Positions 52,561-64,000 of a stretch of DNA of 64,000 bases are shown here, in pieces; position 1 is the stretch's first letter; every line of letters starts with the position of its first letter. Made by a program: the position numbers and the translations under genes. The stretch is from Euprymna scolopes (taxonomy: Eukaryota): the NCBI GenBank assembly GCA_053919585.1, contig CM132788.1, one strand, 5' to 3'. The notes beneath the pieces were generated by a model. It worked only from the letters and a program-made list of their open reading frames with translations, did not search any database and had not been told where the DNA came from.

Positions 52561-53089
52561 CTGTAGACGATCAGGACCAAACTGGATGAGCAGAATAACT
52601 GTTGAACTTTTTTTGGGTGTTCCGGGATCGGAAAGGCTTAAAACGAACTCATATACTGGTATACCTCTCTAAAGTGGTGCTCGTTGTTTTATAATAGTAT
52701 AAACAGACAGAATGGTTAATTGTTGGTATAAACCCTCCAAGAAATTCCAGCAAAAGCTTAATAGCCAGCTGTGGTTCATGCCAGAATGTGCCGCTGCCAA
52801 TATGCGAGTAACCATTTCCACTGCTTTCAGAGAAATAGGTGTACTGTAAAAAAGTAATAAAGAATGCAACGTCAAGTCAAAGTAGCTGAGCAACGGCTTG
52901 GTTCTGATAAATTTTGGTGAATGACAAACTGGGTCCTGATTCGAAGCATGTCCTCTATCCCCAACCATCATCAATGGACCTGAGATAATTTCATCAGCAA
53001 CACTTTTTTCCAAGAACTCGTATGGCCGCCTACATACTGTGTCTGAAACCAAACCGACTATGCGACCAAACCTGTGCGCGATGTTGGCA

Positions 53090-53870
53090 AGATTATCAAA
53101 GATAAGTGTTCAAAAAGCTTCAATGAGAACTAGCTCCCATACTGTTTAAACGTTGTCTTATGCTTTCAATGTTTGAAAACTTCATATGGAGCACCGTATT
53201 TAAAAATTCCAGATTGGTCATCTTGCCTCTAACCCATTTCCTTTGTGTCATGAGTAAGTTGCTGGAATCTGTGATAGAATCACCTCAGCAAAATTATTAT
53301 TAATGACATGCAATGTTCCATACATTACAGGTGATGAAATATCTCACAGGATTAGTGAAGGGCTCTTTTGATAAGGTGTGGCAAGATACTTCACAAGATC
53401 TCCAGCTATGTCCTCTTTTCTCTGGCCACAACTGAATGGCTCCCGTTTTGATGAAGCATCTGAAATGGAACACATCCATCAAATTTATTGTCAAGATAAC
53501 TGGAAAATGATTGGATCATTCTACTGGTATCTCACTACTGATGAAATTCTCTACTCTATAAGGCATGTACTATCTATCTAATTTCGAAACCTAGTAGATG
53601 ATGCCCTTTTCTTTTCCCTGCAGAAAAGACGTTATTTATTTCATGGCAAGTGTTCGTTTGCCAAACTTTAACAAAAACAATCACAAATTTCCCCACTCTC
53701 GCAGATTCCATGAATCTTTCCAAGGACTGTCTGCATTGACCTGCTTCCCGACCGATTGCAAGTCCTTCAAGTCCAGTGTAAACAAGTTTTTATTAAATAA
53801 TTCAAATTGTATTCAATCTACACAATTAACCCTTATCCTTCAGGGCTTTGTAAATAAAAAAAAGAAAAAG
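53090..53870 (+). mobile_element. CR1/L2-like LINE 3' fragment with A-rich tail
   Basis: PISFV...SKLLESVI, YLTTDEILY; collinear with the 2700-3740 LINE; ends in aataaaaaaaagaaaaag. Confidence 0.65.
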
Positions 53871-53962
53871 AAAATTAAGCGATCCGACTCTTTTTTATAT
53901 ACTTTCCCAAAGCTGGTGTGACCAAATTAATTTTGATTTTAAAGTTTTTTATTTCTTATTAA

Positions 53963-53964
<2 letters not shown>

Positions 53965-54023
<59 letters not shown>
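53965..54023. repeat. (TA)n microsatellite
   Basis: Direct reading. Confidence 0.95.
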
Positions 54024-54025
<2 letters not shown>

Positions 54026-54451
54026 AGAATATTATATAAGAATAGCAACAGATATTGAGCAAAAAAAAAAGAAAATGAAACTAAATAGAGTTTTTGTGAC
54101 AATTATTTTATTCTTAGAAATGAGCTTGTATAGAACATAAAAATAAATGATTTAGAAGTTGCAATGCAGATCACATATTTTGACCATTAAATGGAAAAAT
54201 ATTTAAAATTATTCCAAAGCTGTTCCAGGATCGGAAAGGCTTAAAACGAACTTTATGTTTATGTTTCTGATCTGAAAAAAGAAGTTTTAAACAATTATTT
54301 ATTATACAACAGATGTAATTTATATATATATATATATAACAGCAGATAATAACTAAATTAAATTAAATAACTAAATATTAACTGAATTAAATTAAATAAA
54401 TTAAAGTGACTTAATAATACAAAAAGGACATTTTTACTTACATACTATAAA

Positions 54452-54573
54452 GTCTGCATTTCCCAGGAGCATTAAAATCAAGTTGATGTTTCCTGTGAAT
54501 GGTAACATGTATTATTAATTTATTTATCACAGGAAACTTCAACTTGATTTTAATGCTCCTGGGAAATGCAGAC
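54452..54573. other. Hairpin 1 of array unit (47-bp arms, one mismatch, 28-nt AT-rich loop); repeated in every unit
   Basis: gtctgcatttcccaggagcattaaaatcaagttgatgtttcctgtga pairs with tcacaggaaacttcaacttgattttaatgctcctgggaaatgcagac. Confidence 0.9.
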
Positions 54574-54711
54574 CTTAAACACACCTACTTTTGATCATGT
54601 TCGAACTAATTTATAGATATTTATATATTTATACATATAGATAGTAAGGACTTTTTGGATGAACATACATAATATTTCAGAACATACATGAACATACATA
54701 ATATTTTGTGT

Positions 54712-54791
54712 GTGTGTGTTTGACATAATAGACAAGAAACTCGGTGTTGTTATCAACACCGAGTTTCTTATCTATTATGTCAAACACACAC
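54712..54791. other. Hairpin 2 of array unit (38-bp arms, 4-nt loop); repeated in every unit
   Basis: gtgtgtgtttgacataatagacaagaaactcggtgttg-ttat-caacaccgagtttcttatctattatgtcaaacacacac. The single C/A mismatch on + is a G-U pair on the minus-strand RNA. Confidence 0.9.
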
Positions 54792-55358
54792 TGTAACGAA
54801 GCCGGGCGACACCAGATAACCTTGCTTCCTAGGTTGAGGGTGAGTGGGATGGAGCTGGGCGAGAGGTCTCAGTCCCATCTCGTGAGAAACCAACGAATTG
54901 TCATATGCCTTATAGAGTAGAGAATTTCATCAGTAGTGAGATACCAGTAGAATGATCCAATCATTTTCCAGTTATCTTGACAATAAATTTGATGGATGTG
55001 TTCCATTTCAGATGCTTCATCAAAACGGGAGCCATTCAGTTGTGGCCAGAGAAAAGAGGACATAGCTGGAGATCTTGTGAAGTATCTTGCCACACCTTAT
55101 CAAAAGAGCCCTTCACTAATCCTGTGAGATATTTCATCACCTGTAATGTATGGAACATTGCATGTCATTAATAATAATTTTGCTGAGGTGATTCTATCAC
55201 AGATTCCAGCAACTTACTCATGACACAAAGGAAATGGGTTAGAGGCAAGATGACCAATCTGGAATTTTTAAATACGGTGCTCCATATGAACTCTCTAAGG
55301 TGGTGCTCGTTATTTTATAATAGTATCTGACCTGACAGAATGGTTAATTTCCAGAATG

Positions 55359-55625
55359 GAAATTCCAGCAAAATTGTTGGTATAAACCTTCCAAGAAATT
55401 CCAGCAAAATTATTGGCATAAACCTTCCAAGAAATTCCAGCAAAATTGTTGGTATAAACCTTCTAAGAAATTCCAGCAAAATTGTTGGTATAAACCTTCC
55501 AAGAAATTCCAGCAAAATTATTGGTATAAACCTTCCAAGAAATTCCAGCAAAATTGTTGGTATAAACCTTCCAAGAAATTCCAGCAAAATTGTTGATATA
55601 AACCTTTCAAGAAATTCCAGCAAAA
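55359..55625 (+). repeat. 36-bp minisatellite (aattccagcaaaattgttggtataaaccttccaaga, ~7.4 copies) within each array unit
   Basis: Direct reading; 12-aa periodicity in the ORF track. Confidence 0.95.
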
Positions 55626-58600
55626 GAGGTAATCAAGAAATAGAAAAATAAAACACCTTTACAAATAAATAATAGACAATGTTGTTTATCAAATCTGTGT
55701 CATATCAAGTACTTTTAAACGTGTCATATCAAAAATCATGTTATATCCAAAATAAGATCATATAATGTTTTTTATGGAAATTTATTTTGCATTCAATCAG
55801 AAATTATTTTTTTCTACTTAATACTGAACATTCAATTAATAAATTCAAGTTATGCAATTCAAGAAGCTATTATTGTGTATTTAGTTTCATGCAGGAGAAA
55901 AGTGGCAAAATTGATATCCTCATCATAATGAAGTTGATCATGTCAATGTTTCTGATCTGAAAAAAGAAGTTTTAAACAATTATTTATTATACAACAGATG
56001 TAATTTATATATATATATAACAGCAGATAATAACTAAATTAAATTAAATAACTAAATATTAACTGAATTAAATTAAATAAATTAAAGTGACTTAATAATA
56101 CAAAAAGGACATTTTTACTTACATACTATAAAGTCTGCATTTCCCAGGAGCATTAAAATCAAGTTGATGTTTCCTGTGAATGGTAACATGTATTATTAAT
56201 TTATTTATCACAGGAAACTTCAACTTGATTTTAATGCTCCTGGGAAATGCAGACCTTAAACACACCTACTTTTGATCATGTTCGAACTAATTTATAGATA
56301 TTTATATATTTATACATATAGATAGTAAGGACTTTTTGGATGAACATACATAATATTTCAGAACATACATGAACATACATAATATTTTGTGTGTGTGTGT
56401 TTGACATAATAGACAAGAAACTCGGTGTTGTTATCAACACCGAGTTTCTTATCTATTATGTCAAACACACACTGTAACGAAGCCGGGCGACACCAGATAA
56501 CCTTGCTTCCTAGGTTGAGGGTGAGTGGGATGGAGCTGGGCGAGAGGTCTCAGTCCCATCTCGTGAGAAACCAACGAATTGTCATATGCCTTATAGAGTA
56601 GAGAATTTCATCAGTAGTGAGATACCAGTAGAATGATCCAATCATTTTCCAGTTATCTTGACAATAAATTTGATGGATGTGTTCCATTTCAGATGCTTCA
56701 TCAAAACGGGAGCCATTCAGTTGTGGCCAGAGAAAAGAGGACATAGCTGGAGATCTTGTGAAGTATCTTGCCACACCTTATCAAAAGAGCCCTTCACTAA
56801 TCCTGTGAGATATTTCATCACCTGTAATGTATGGAACATTGCATGTCATTAATAATAATTTTGCTGAGGTGATTCTATCACAGATTCCAGCAACTTACTC
56901 ATGACACAAAGGAAATGGGTTAGAGGCAAGATGACCAATCTGGAATTTTTAAATACGGTGCTCCATATGAACTCTCTAAGGTGGTGCTCGTTATTTTATA
57001 ATAGTATCTGACCTGACAGAATGGTTAATTTCCAGAATGGAAATTCCAGCAAAATTGTTGGTATAAACCTTCCAAGAAATTCCAGCAAAATTATTGGCAT
57101 AAACCTTCCAAGAAATTCCAGCAAAATTGTTGGTATAAACCTTCTAAGAAATTCCAGCAAAATTGTTGGTATAAACCTTCCAAGAAATTCCAGCAAAATT
57201 ATTGGTATAAACCTTCCAAGAAATTCCAGCAAAATTGTTGGTATAAACCTTCCAAGAAATTCCAGCAAAATTGTTGGTATAAACCTTTCAAGAAATTCCA
57301 GCAAAAGAGGTAATCAAGAAATAGAAAAATAAAACACCTTTACAAATAAATAATAGACAATGTTGTTTATCAAATCTGTGTCATATCAAGTACTTTTAAA
57401 CGTGTCATATCAAAAATCATGTTATATCCAAAATAAGATCATATAATGTTTTTTATGGAAATTTATTTTGCATTCAATCAGAAATTATTTTTTTCTACTT
57501 AATACTGAACATTCAATTAATAAATTCAAGTTATGCAATTCAAGAAGCTATTATTGTGTATTTAGTTTCATGCAGGAGAAAAGTGGCAAAATTGATATCC
57601 TCATCATAATGAAGTTGATCATGTCAATGTTTCTGATCTGAAAAAAGAAGTTTTAAACAATTATTTATTATACAACAGATGTAATTTATATATATATATA
57701 ACAGCAGATAATAACTAAATTAAATTAAATAACTAAATATTAACTGAATTAAATTAAATAAATTAAAGTGACTTAATAATACAAAAAGGACATTTTTACT
57801 TACATACTATAAAGTCTGCATTTCCCAGGAGCATTAAAATCAAGTTGATGTTTCCTGTGAATGGTAACATGTATTATTAATTTATTTATCACAGGAAACT
57901 TCAACTTGATTTTAATGCTCCTGGGAAATGCAGACCTTAAACACACCTACTTTTGATCATGTTCGAACTAATTTATAGATATTTATATATTTATACATAT
58001 AGATAGTAAGGACTTTTTGGATGAACATACATAATATTTCAGAACATACATGAACATACATAATATTTTGTGTGTGTGTGTTTGACATAATAGACAAGAA
58101 ACTCGGTGTTGTTATCAACACCGAGTTTCTTATCTATTATGTCAAACACACACTGTAACGAAGCCGGGCGACACCAGATAACCTTGCTTCCTAGGTTGAG
58201 GGTGAGTGGGATGGAGCTGGGCGAGAGGTCTCAGTCCCATCTCGTGAGAAACCAACGAATTGTCATATGCCTTATAGAGTAGAGAATTTCATCAGTAGTG
58301 AGATACCAGTAGAATGATCCAATCATTTTCCAGTTATCTTGACAATAAATTTGATGGATGTGTTCCATTTCAGATGCTTCATCAAAACGGGAGCCATTCA
58401 GTTGTGGCCAGAGAAAAGAGGACATAGCTGGAGATCTTGTGAAGTATCTTGCCACACCTTATCAAAAGAGCCCTTCACTAATCCTGTGAGATATTTCATC
58501 ACCTGTAATGTATGGAACATTGCATGTCATTAATAATAATTTTGCTGAGGTGATTCTATCACAGATTCCAGCAACTTACTCATGACACAAAGGAAATGGG

Positions 58601-61600
58601 TTAGAGGCAAGATGACCAATCTGGAATTTTTAAATACGGTGCTCCATATGAACTCTCTAAGGTGGTGCTCGTTATTTTATAATAGTATCTGACCTGACAG
58701 AATGGTTAATTTCCAGAATGGAAATTCCAGCAAAATTGTTGGTATAAACCTTCCAAGAAATTCCAGCAAAATTATTGGCATAAACCTTCCAAGAAATTCC
58801 AGCAAAATTGTTGGTATAAACCTTCTAAGAAATTCCAGCAAAATTGTTGGTATAAACCTTCCAAGAAATTCCAGCAAAATTATTGGTATAAACCTTCCAA
58901 GAAATTCCAGCAAAATTGTTGGTATAAACCTTCCAAGAAATTCCAGCAAAATTGTTGGTATAAACCTTTCAAGAAATTCCAGCAAAAGAGGTAATCAAGA
59001 AATAGAAAAATAAAACACCTTTACAAATAAATAATAGACAATGTTGTTTATCAAATCTGTGTCATATCAAGTACTTTTAAACGTGTCATATCAAAAATCA
59101 TGTTATATCCAAAATAAGATCATATAATGTTTTTTATGGAAATTTATTTTGCATTCAATCAGAAATTATTTTTTTCTACTTAATACTGAACATTCAATTA
59201 ATAAATTCAAGTTATGCAATTCAAGAAGCTATTATTGTGTATTTAGTTTCATGCAGGAGAAAAGTGGCAAAATTGATATCCTCATCATAATGAAGTTGAT
59301 CATGTCAATGTTTCTGATCTGAAAAAAGAAGTTTTAAACAATTATTTATTATACAACAGATGTAATTTATATATATATATATAACAGCAGATAATAACTA
59401 AATTAAATTAAATAACTAAATATTAACTGAATTAAATTAAATAAATTAAAGTGACTTAATAATACAAAAAGGACATTTTTACTTACATACTATAAAGTCT
59501 GCATTTCCCAGGAGCATTAAAATCAAGTTGATGTTTCCTGTGAATGGTAACATGTATTATTAATTTATTTATCACAGGAAACTTCAACTTGATTTTAATG
59601 CTCCTGGGAAATGCAGACCTTAAACACACCTACTTTTGATCATGTTCGAACTAATTTATAGATATTTATATATTTATACATATAGATAGTAAGGACTTTT
59701 TGGATGAACATACATAATATTTCAGAACATACATGAACATACATAATATTTTGTGTGTGTGTGTTTGACATAATAGACAAGAAACTCGGTGTTGTTATCA
59801 ACACCGAGTTTCTTATCTATTATGTCAAACACACACTGTAACGAAGCCGGGCGACACCAGATAACCTTGCTTCCTAGGTTGAGGGTGAGTGGGATGGAGC
59901 TGGGCGAGAGGTCTCAGTCCCATCTCGTGAGAAACCAACGAATTGTCATATGCCTTATAGAGTAGAGAATTTCATCAGTAGTGAGATACCAGTAGAATGA
60001 TCCAATCATTTTCCAGTTATCTTGACAATAAATTTGATGGATGTGTTCCATTTCAGATGCTTCATCAAAACGGGAGCCATTCAGTTGTGGCCAGAGAAAA
60101 GAGGACATAGCTGGAGATCTTGTGAAGTATCTTGCCACACCTTATCAAAAGAGCCCTTCACTAATCCTGTGAGATATTTCATCACCTGTAATGTATGGAA
60201 CATTGCATGTCATTAATAATAATTTTGCTGAGGTGATTCTATCACAGATTCCAGCAACTTACTCATGACACAAAGGAAATGGGTTAGAGGCAAGATGACC
60301 AATCTGGAATTTTTAAATACGGTGCTCCATATGAACTCTCTAAGGTGGTGCTCGTTATTTTATAATAGTATCTGACCTGACAGAATGGTTAATTTCCAGA
60401 ATGGAAATTCCAGCAAAATTGTTGGTATAAACCTTCCAAGAAATTCCAGCAAAATTATTGGCATAAACCTTCCAAGAAATTCCAGCAAAATTGTTGGTAT
60501 AAACCTTCTAAGAAATTCCAGCAAAATTGTTGGTATAAACCTTCCAAGAAATTCCAGCAAAATTATTGGTATAAACCTTCCAAGAAATTCCAGCAAAATT
60601 GTTGGTATAAACCTTCCAAGAAATTCCAGCAAAATTGTTGGTATAAACCTTTCAAGAAATTCCAGCAAAAGAGGTAATCAAGAAATAGAAAAATAAAACA
60701 CCTTTACAAATAAATAATAGACAATGTTGTTTATCAAATCTGTGTCATATCAAGTACTTTTAAACGTGTCATATCAAAAATCATGTTATATCCAAAATAA
60801 GATCATATAATGTTTTTTATGGAAATTTATTTTGCATTCAATCAGAAATTATTTTTTTCTACTTAATACTGAACATTCAATTAATAAATTCAAGTTATGC
60901 AATTCAAGAAGCTATTATTGTGTATTTAGTTTCATGCAGGAGAAAAGTGGCAAAATTGATATCCTCATCATAATGAAGTTGATCATGTCAATGTTTCTGA
61001 TCTGAAAAAAGAAGTTTTAAACAATTATTTATTATACAACAGATGTAATTTATATATATATATATATAACAGCAGATAATAACTAAATTAAATTAAATAA
61101 CTAAATATTAACTGAATTAAATTAAATAAATTAAAGTGACTTAATAATACAAAAAGGACATTTTTACTTACATACTATAAAGTCTGCATTTCCCAGGAGC
61201 ATTAAAATCAAGTTGATGTTTCCTGTGAATGGTAACATGTATTATTAATTTATTTATCACAGGAAACTTCAACTTGATTTTAATGCTCCTGGGAAATGCA
61301 GACCTTAAACACACCTACTTTTGATCATGTTCGAACTAATTTATAGATATTTATATATTTATACATATAGATAGTAAGGACTTTTTGGATGAACATACAT
61401 AATATTTCAGAACATACATGAACATACATAATATTTTGTGTGTGTGTGTTTGACATAATAGACAAGAAACTCGGTGTTGTTATCAACACCGAGTTTCTTA
61501 TCTATTATGTCAAACACACACTGTAACGAAGCCGGGCGACACCAGATAACCTTGCTTCCTAGGTTGAGGGTGAGTGGGATGGAGCTGGGCGAGAGGTCTC

Positions 61601-64000
61601 AGTCCCATCTCGTGAGAAACCAACGAATTGTCATATGCCTTATAGAGTAGAGAATTTCATCAGTAGTGAGATACCAGTAGAATGATCCAATCATTTTCCA
61701 GTTATCTTGACAATAAATTTGATGGATGTGTTCCATTTCAGATGCTTCATCAAAACGGGAGCCATTCAGTTGTGGCCAGAGAAAAGAGGACATAGCTGGA
61801 GATCTTGTGAAGTATCTTGCCACACCTTATCAAAAGAGCCCTTCACTAATCCTGTGAGATATTTCATCACCTGTAATGTATGGAACATTGCATGTCATTA
61901 ATAATAATTTTGCTGAGGTGATTCTATCACAGATTCCAGCAACTTACTCATGACACAAAGGAAATGGGTTAGAGGCAAGATGACCAATCTGGAATTTTTA
62001 AATACTGTGCTCCATATGAACTCTCTAAGGTGGTGCTCGTTATTTTATAATAGTATCTGACCTGACAGAATGGTTAATTTCCAGAATGGAAATTCCAGCA
62101 AAATTGTTGGTATAAACCTTCCAAGAAATTCCAGCAAAATTATTGGCATAAACCTTCCAAGAAATTCCAGCAAAATTGTTGGTATAAACCTTCTAAGAAA
62201 TTCCAGCAAAATTGTTGGTATAAACCTTCCAAGAAATTCCAGCAAAATTATTGGTATAAACCTTCCAAGAAATTCCAGCAAAATTGTTGGTATAAACCTT
62301 CCAAGAAATTCCAGCAAAATTGTTGGTATAAACCTTTCAAGAAATTCCAGCAAAAGAGGTAATCAAGAAATAGAAAAATAAAACACCTTTACAAATAAAT
62401 AATAGACAATGTTGTTTATCAAATCTGTGTCATATCAAGTACTTTTAAACGTGTCATATCAAAAATCATGTTATATCCAAAATAAGATCATATAATGTTT
62501 TTTATGGAAATTTATTTTGCATTCAATCAGAAATTATTTTTTTCTACTTAATACTGAACATTCAATTAATAAATTCAAGTTATGCAATTCAAGAAGCTAT
62601 TATTGTGTATTTAGTTTCATGCAGGAGAAAAGTGGCAAAATTGATATCCTCATCATAATGAAGTTGATCATGTCAATGTTTCTGATCTGAAAAAAGAAGT
62701 TTTAAACAATTATTTATTATACAACAGATGTAATTTATATATATATATAACAGCAGATAATAACTAAATTAAATTAAATAACTAAATATTAACTGAATTA
62801 AATTAAATAAATTAAAGTGACTTAATAATACAAAAAGGACATTTTTACTTACATACTATAAAGTCTGCATTTCCCAGGAGCATTAAAATCAAGTTGATGT
62901 TTCCTGTGAATGGTAACATGTATTATTAATTTATTTATCACAGGAAACTTCAACTTGATTTTAATGCTCCTGGGAAATGCAGACCTTAAACACACCTACT
63001 TTTGATCATGTTCGAACTAATTTATAGATATTTATATATTTATACATATAGATAGTAAGGACTTTTTGGATGAACATACATAATATTTCAGAACATACAT
63101 GAACATACATAATATTTTGTGTGTGTGTGTTTGACATAATAGACAAGAAACTCGGTGTTGTTATCAACACCGAGTTTCTTATCTATTATGTCAAACACAC
63201 ACTGTAACGAAGCCGGGCGACACCAGATAACCTTGCTTCCTAGGTTGAGGGTGAGTGGGATGGAGCTGGGCGAGAGGTCTCAGTCCCATCTCGTGAGAAA
63301 CCAACGAATTGTCATATGCCTTATAGAGTAGAGAATTTCATCAGTAGTGAGATACCAGTAGAATGATCCAATCATTTTCCAGTTATCTTGACAATAAATT
63401 TGATGGATGTGTTCCATTTCAGATGCTTCATCAAAACGGGAGCCATTCAGTTGTGGCCAGAGAAAAGAGGACATAGCTGGAGATCTTGTGAAGTATCTTG
63501 CCACACCTTATCAAAAGAGCCCTTCACTAATCCTGTGAGATATTTCATCACCTGTAATGTATGGAACATTGCATGTCATTAATAATAATTTTGCTGAGGT
63601 GATTCTATCACAGATTCCAGCAACTTACTCATGACACAAAGGAAATGGGTTAGAGGCAAGATGACCAATCTGGAATTTTTAAATACGGTGCTCCATATGA
63701 ACTCTCTAAGGTGGTGCTCGTTATTTTATAATAGTATCTGACCTGACAGAATGGTTAATTTCCAGAATGGAAATTCCAGCAAAATTGTTGGTATAAACCT
63801 TCCAAGAAATTCCAGCAAAATTATTGGCATAAACCTTCCAAGAAATTCCAGCAAAATTGTTGGTATAAACCTTCTAAGAAATTCCAGCAAAATTGTTGGT
63901 ATAAACCTTCCAAGAAATTCCAGCAAAATTATTGGTATAAACCTTCCAAGAAATTCCAGCAAAATTGTTGGTATAAACCTTCCAAGAAATTCCAGCAAAA

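Larger units (their letters stand above)
54261..64000. repeat. Young, nearly identical 1681-1685-bp tandem array (at least 5.8 copies, runs off window)
   Basis: Identical ORFs recur at 54869, 56550, 58231, 59914, 61599, 63280. Period changes come from (TA)n length. Only isolated substitutions seen (~55596, ~62006). Confidence 0.98.

Noticed and set aside
53300-53581. Recurring 64-74-aa ORFs (MARYFTRSP..., MTINLMDVF...) as a multicopy gene or toxin-antitoxin pair
   Set aside because: They are alternative frames of a decayed LINE RT fragment and recur only because the DNA is duplicated.
53535-53600. CTGATGA...CGAAAC as a hammerhead ribozyme
   Set aside because: Stem II register and stem III/cleavage triplet do not fit. 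The sequence is the LINE RT motif YLTTDEILY, homologous to ~3321-3350.
54793-54900. GC-rich segment in the 1.68-kb unit as a tRNA, SINE head or ribozyme
   Set aside because: No convincing A/B boxes, cloverleaf or ribozyme core by eye. It loosely resembles RTE 5' leader sequence. An Infernal/Rfam scan would settle it.
55359-55625. 36-bp repeats as a CRISPR array
   Set aside because: Repeats are contiguous with no unique spacers, there are no cas genes, and the context is eukaryotic.
55315-55651. Repeat ORFs (FIPTILLEFLGR)n and (NSSKIVGINLPR)n as a neuropeptide or antimicrobial-peptide precursor with G-R amidation sites
   Set aside because: No signal peptide, the minus ORF lacks an ATG start, and both strands are open simply because a 36-bp unit lacks stops in those frames. 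The single-copy progenitor at ~52716 shows no coding context.

Overview
Gene-free, repeat-saturated eukaryotic (probably invertebrate animal) DNA. I find no supportable host gene, rRNA, tRNA or CRISPR array. In order, the window holds: a decayed APE-type CR1/L2-like LINE interrupted by a young 5'-truncated RLE-type (R4-like) LINE; a full-length Ty1/copia element (260-bp LTRs, CATAT TSD, half-tRNA-iMet PBS) nested in an RTE LINE; a ~35-kb diverged tandem array whose ~2.3-2.7-kb unit is a miniaturised Ty3/gypsy (gag knuckle, RT, IN, PPT/LTR) plus an AT-rich spacer, interrupted by a Gmr1-like gypsy (PR-IN-RT-RH order, IN core deleted), a GalEa-like copia (210-bp LTRs, TGTTC TSD) and a ~3-kb palindrome; Tx1/L1, hAT and CR1 relics; and, from 54.3 kb to the window end, a very young, nearly homogeneous 1.68-kb tandem array. 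Each unit of that array carries two long hairpins, a 386-bp antisense LINE-RT fragment copied from just upstream, and a 36-bp minisatellite. The most notable unexplained signal is the density of fold-back inversions at every scale. Together with the antisense-TE hairpin array, this suggests a TE-graveyard locus that could produce dsRNA or small RNAs. That idea is a hypothesis and cannot be shown from sequence alone. Coordinates of decayed elements are approximate, and identities were judged by eye.
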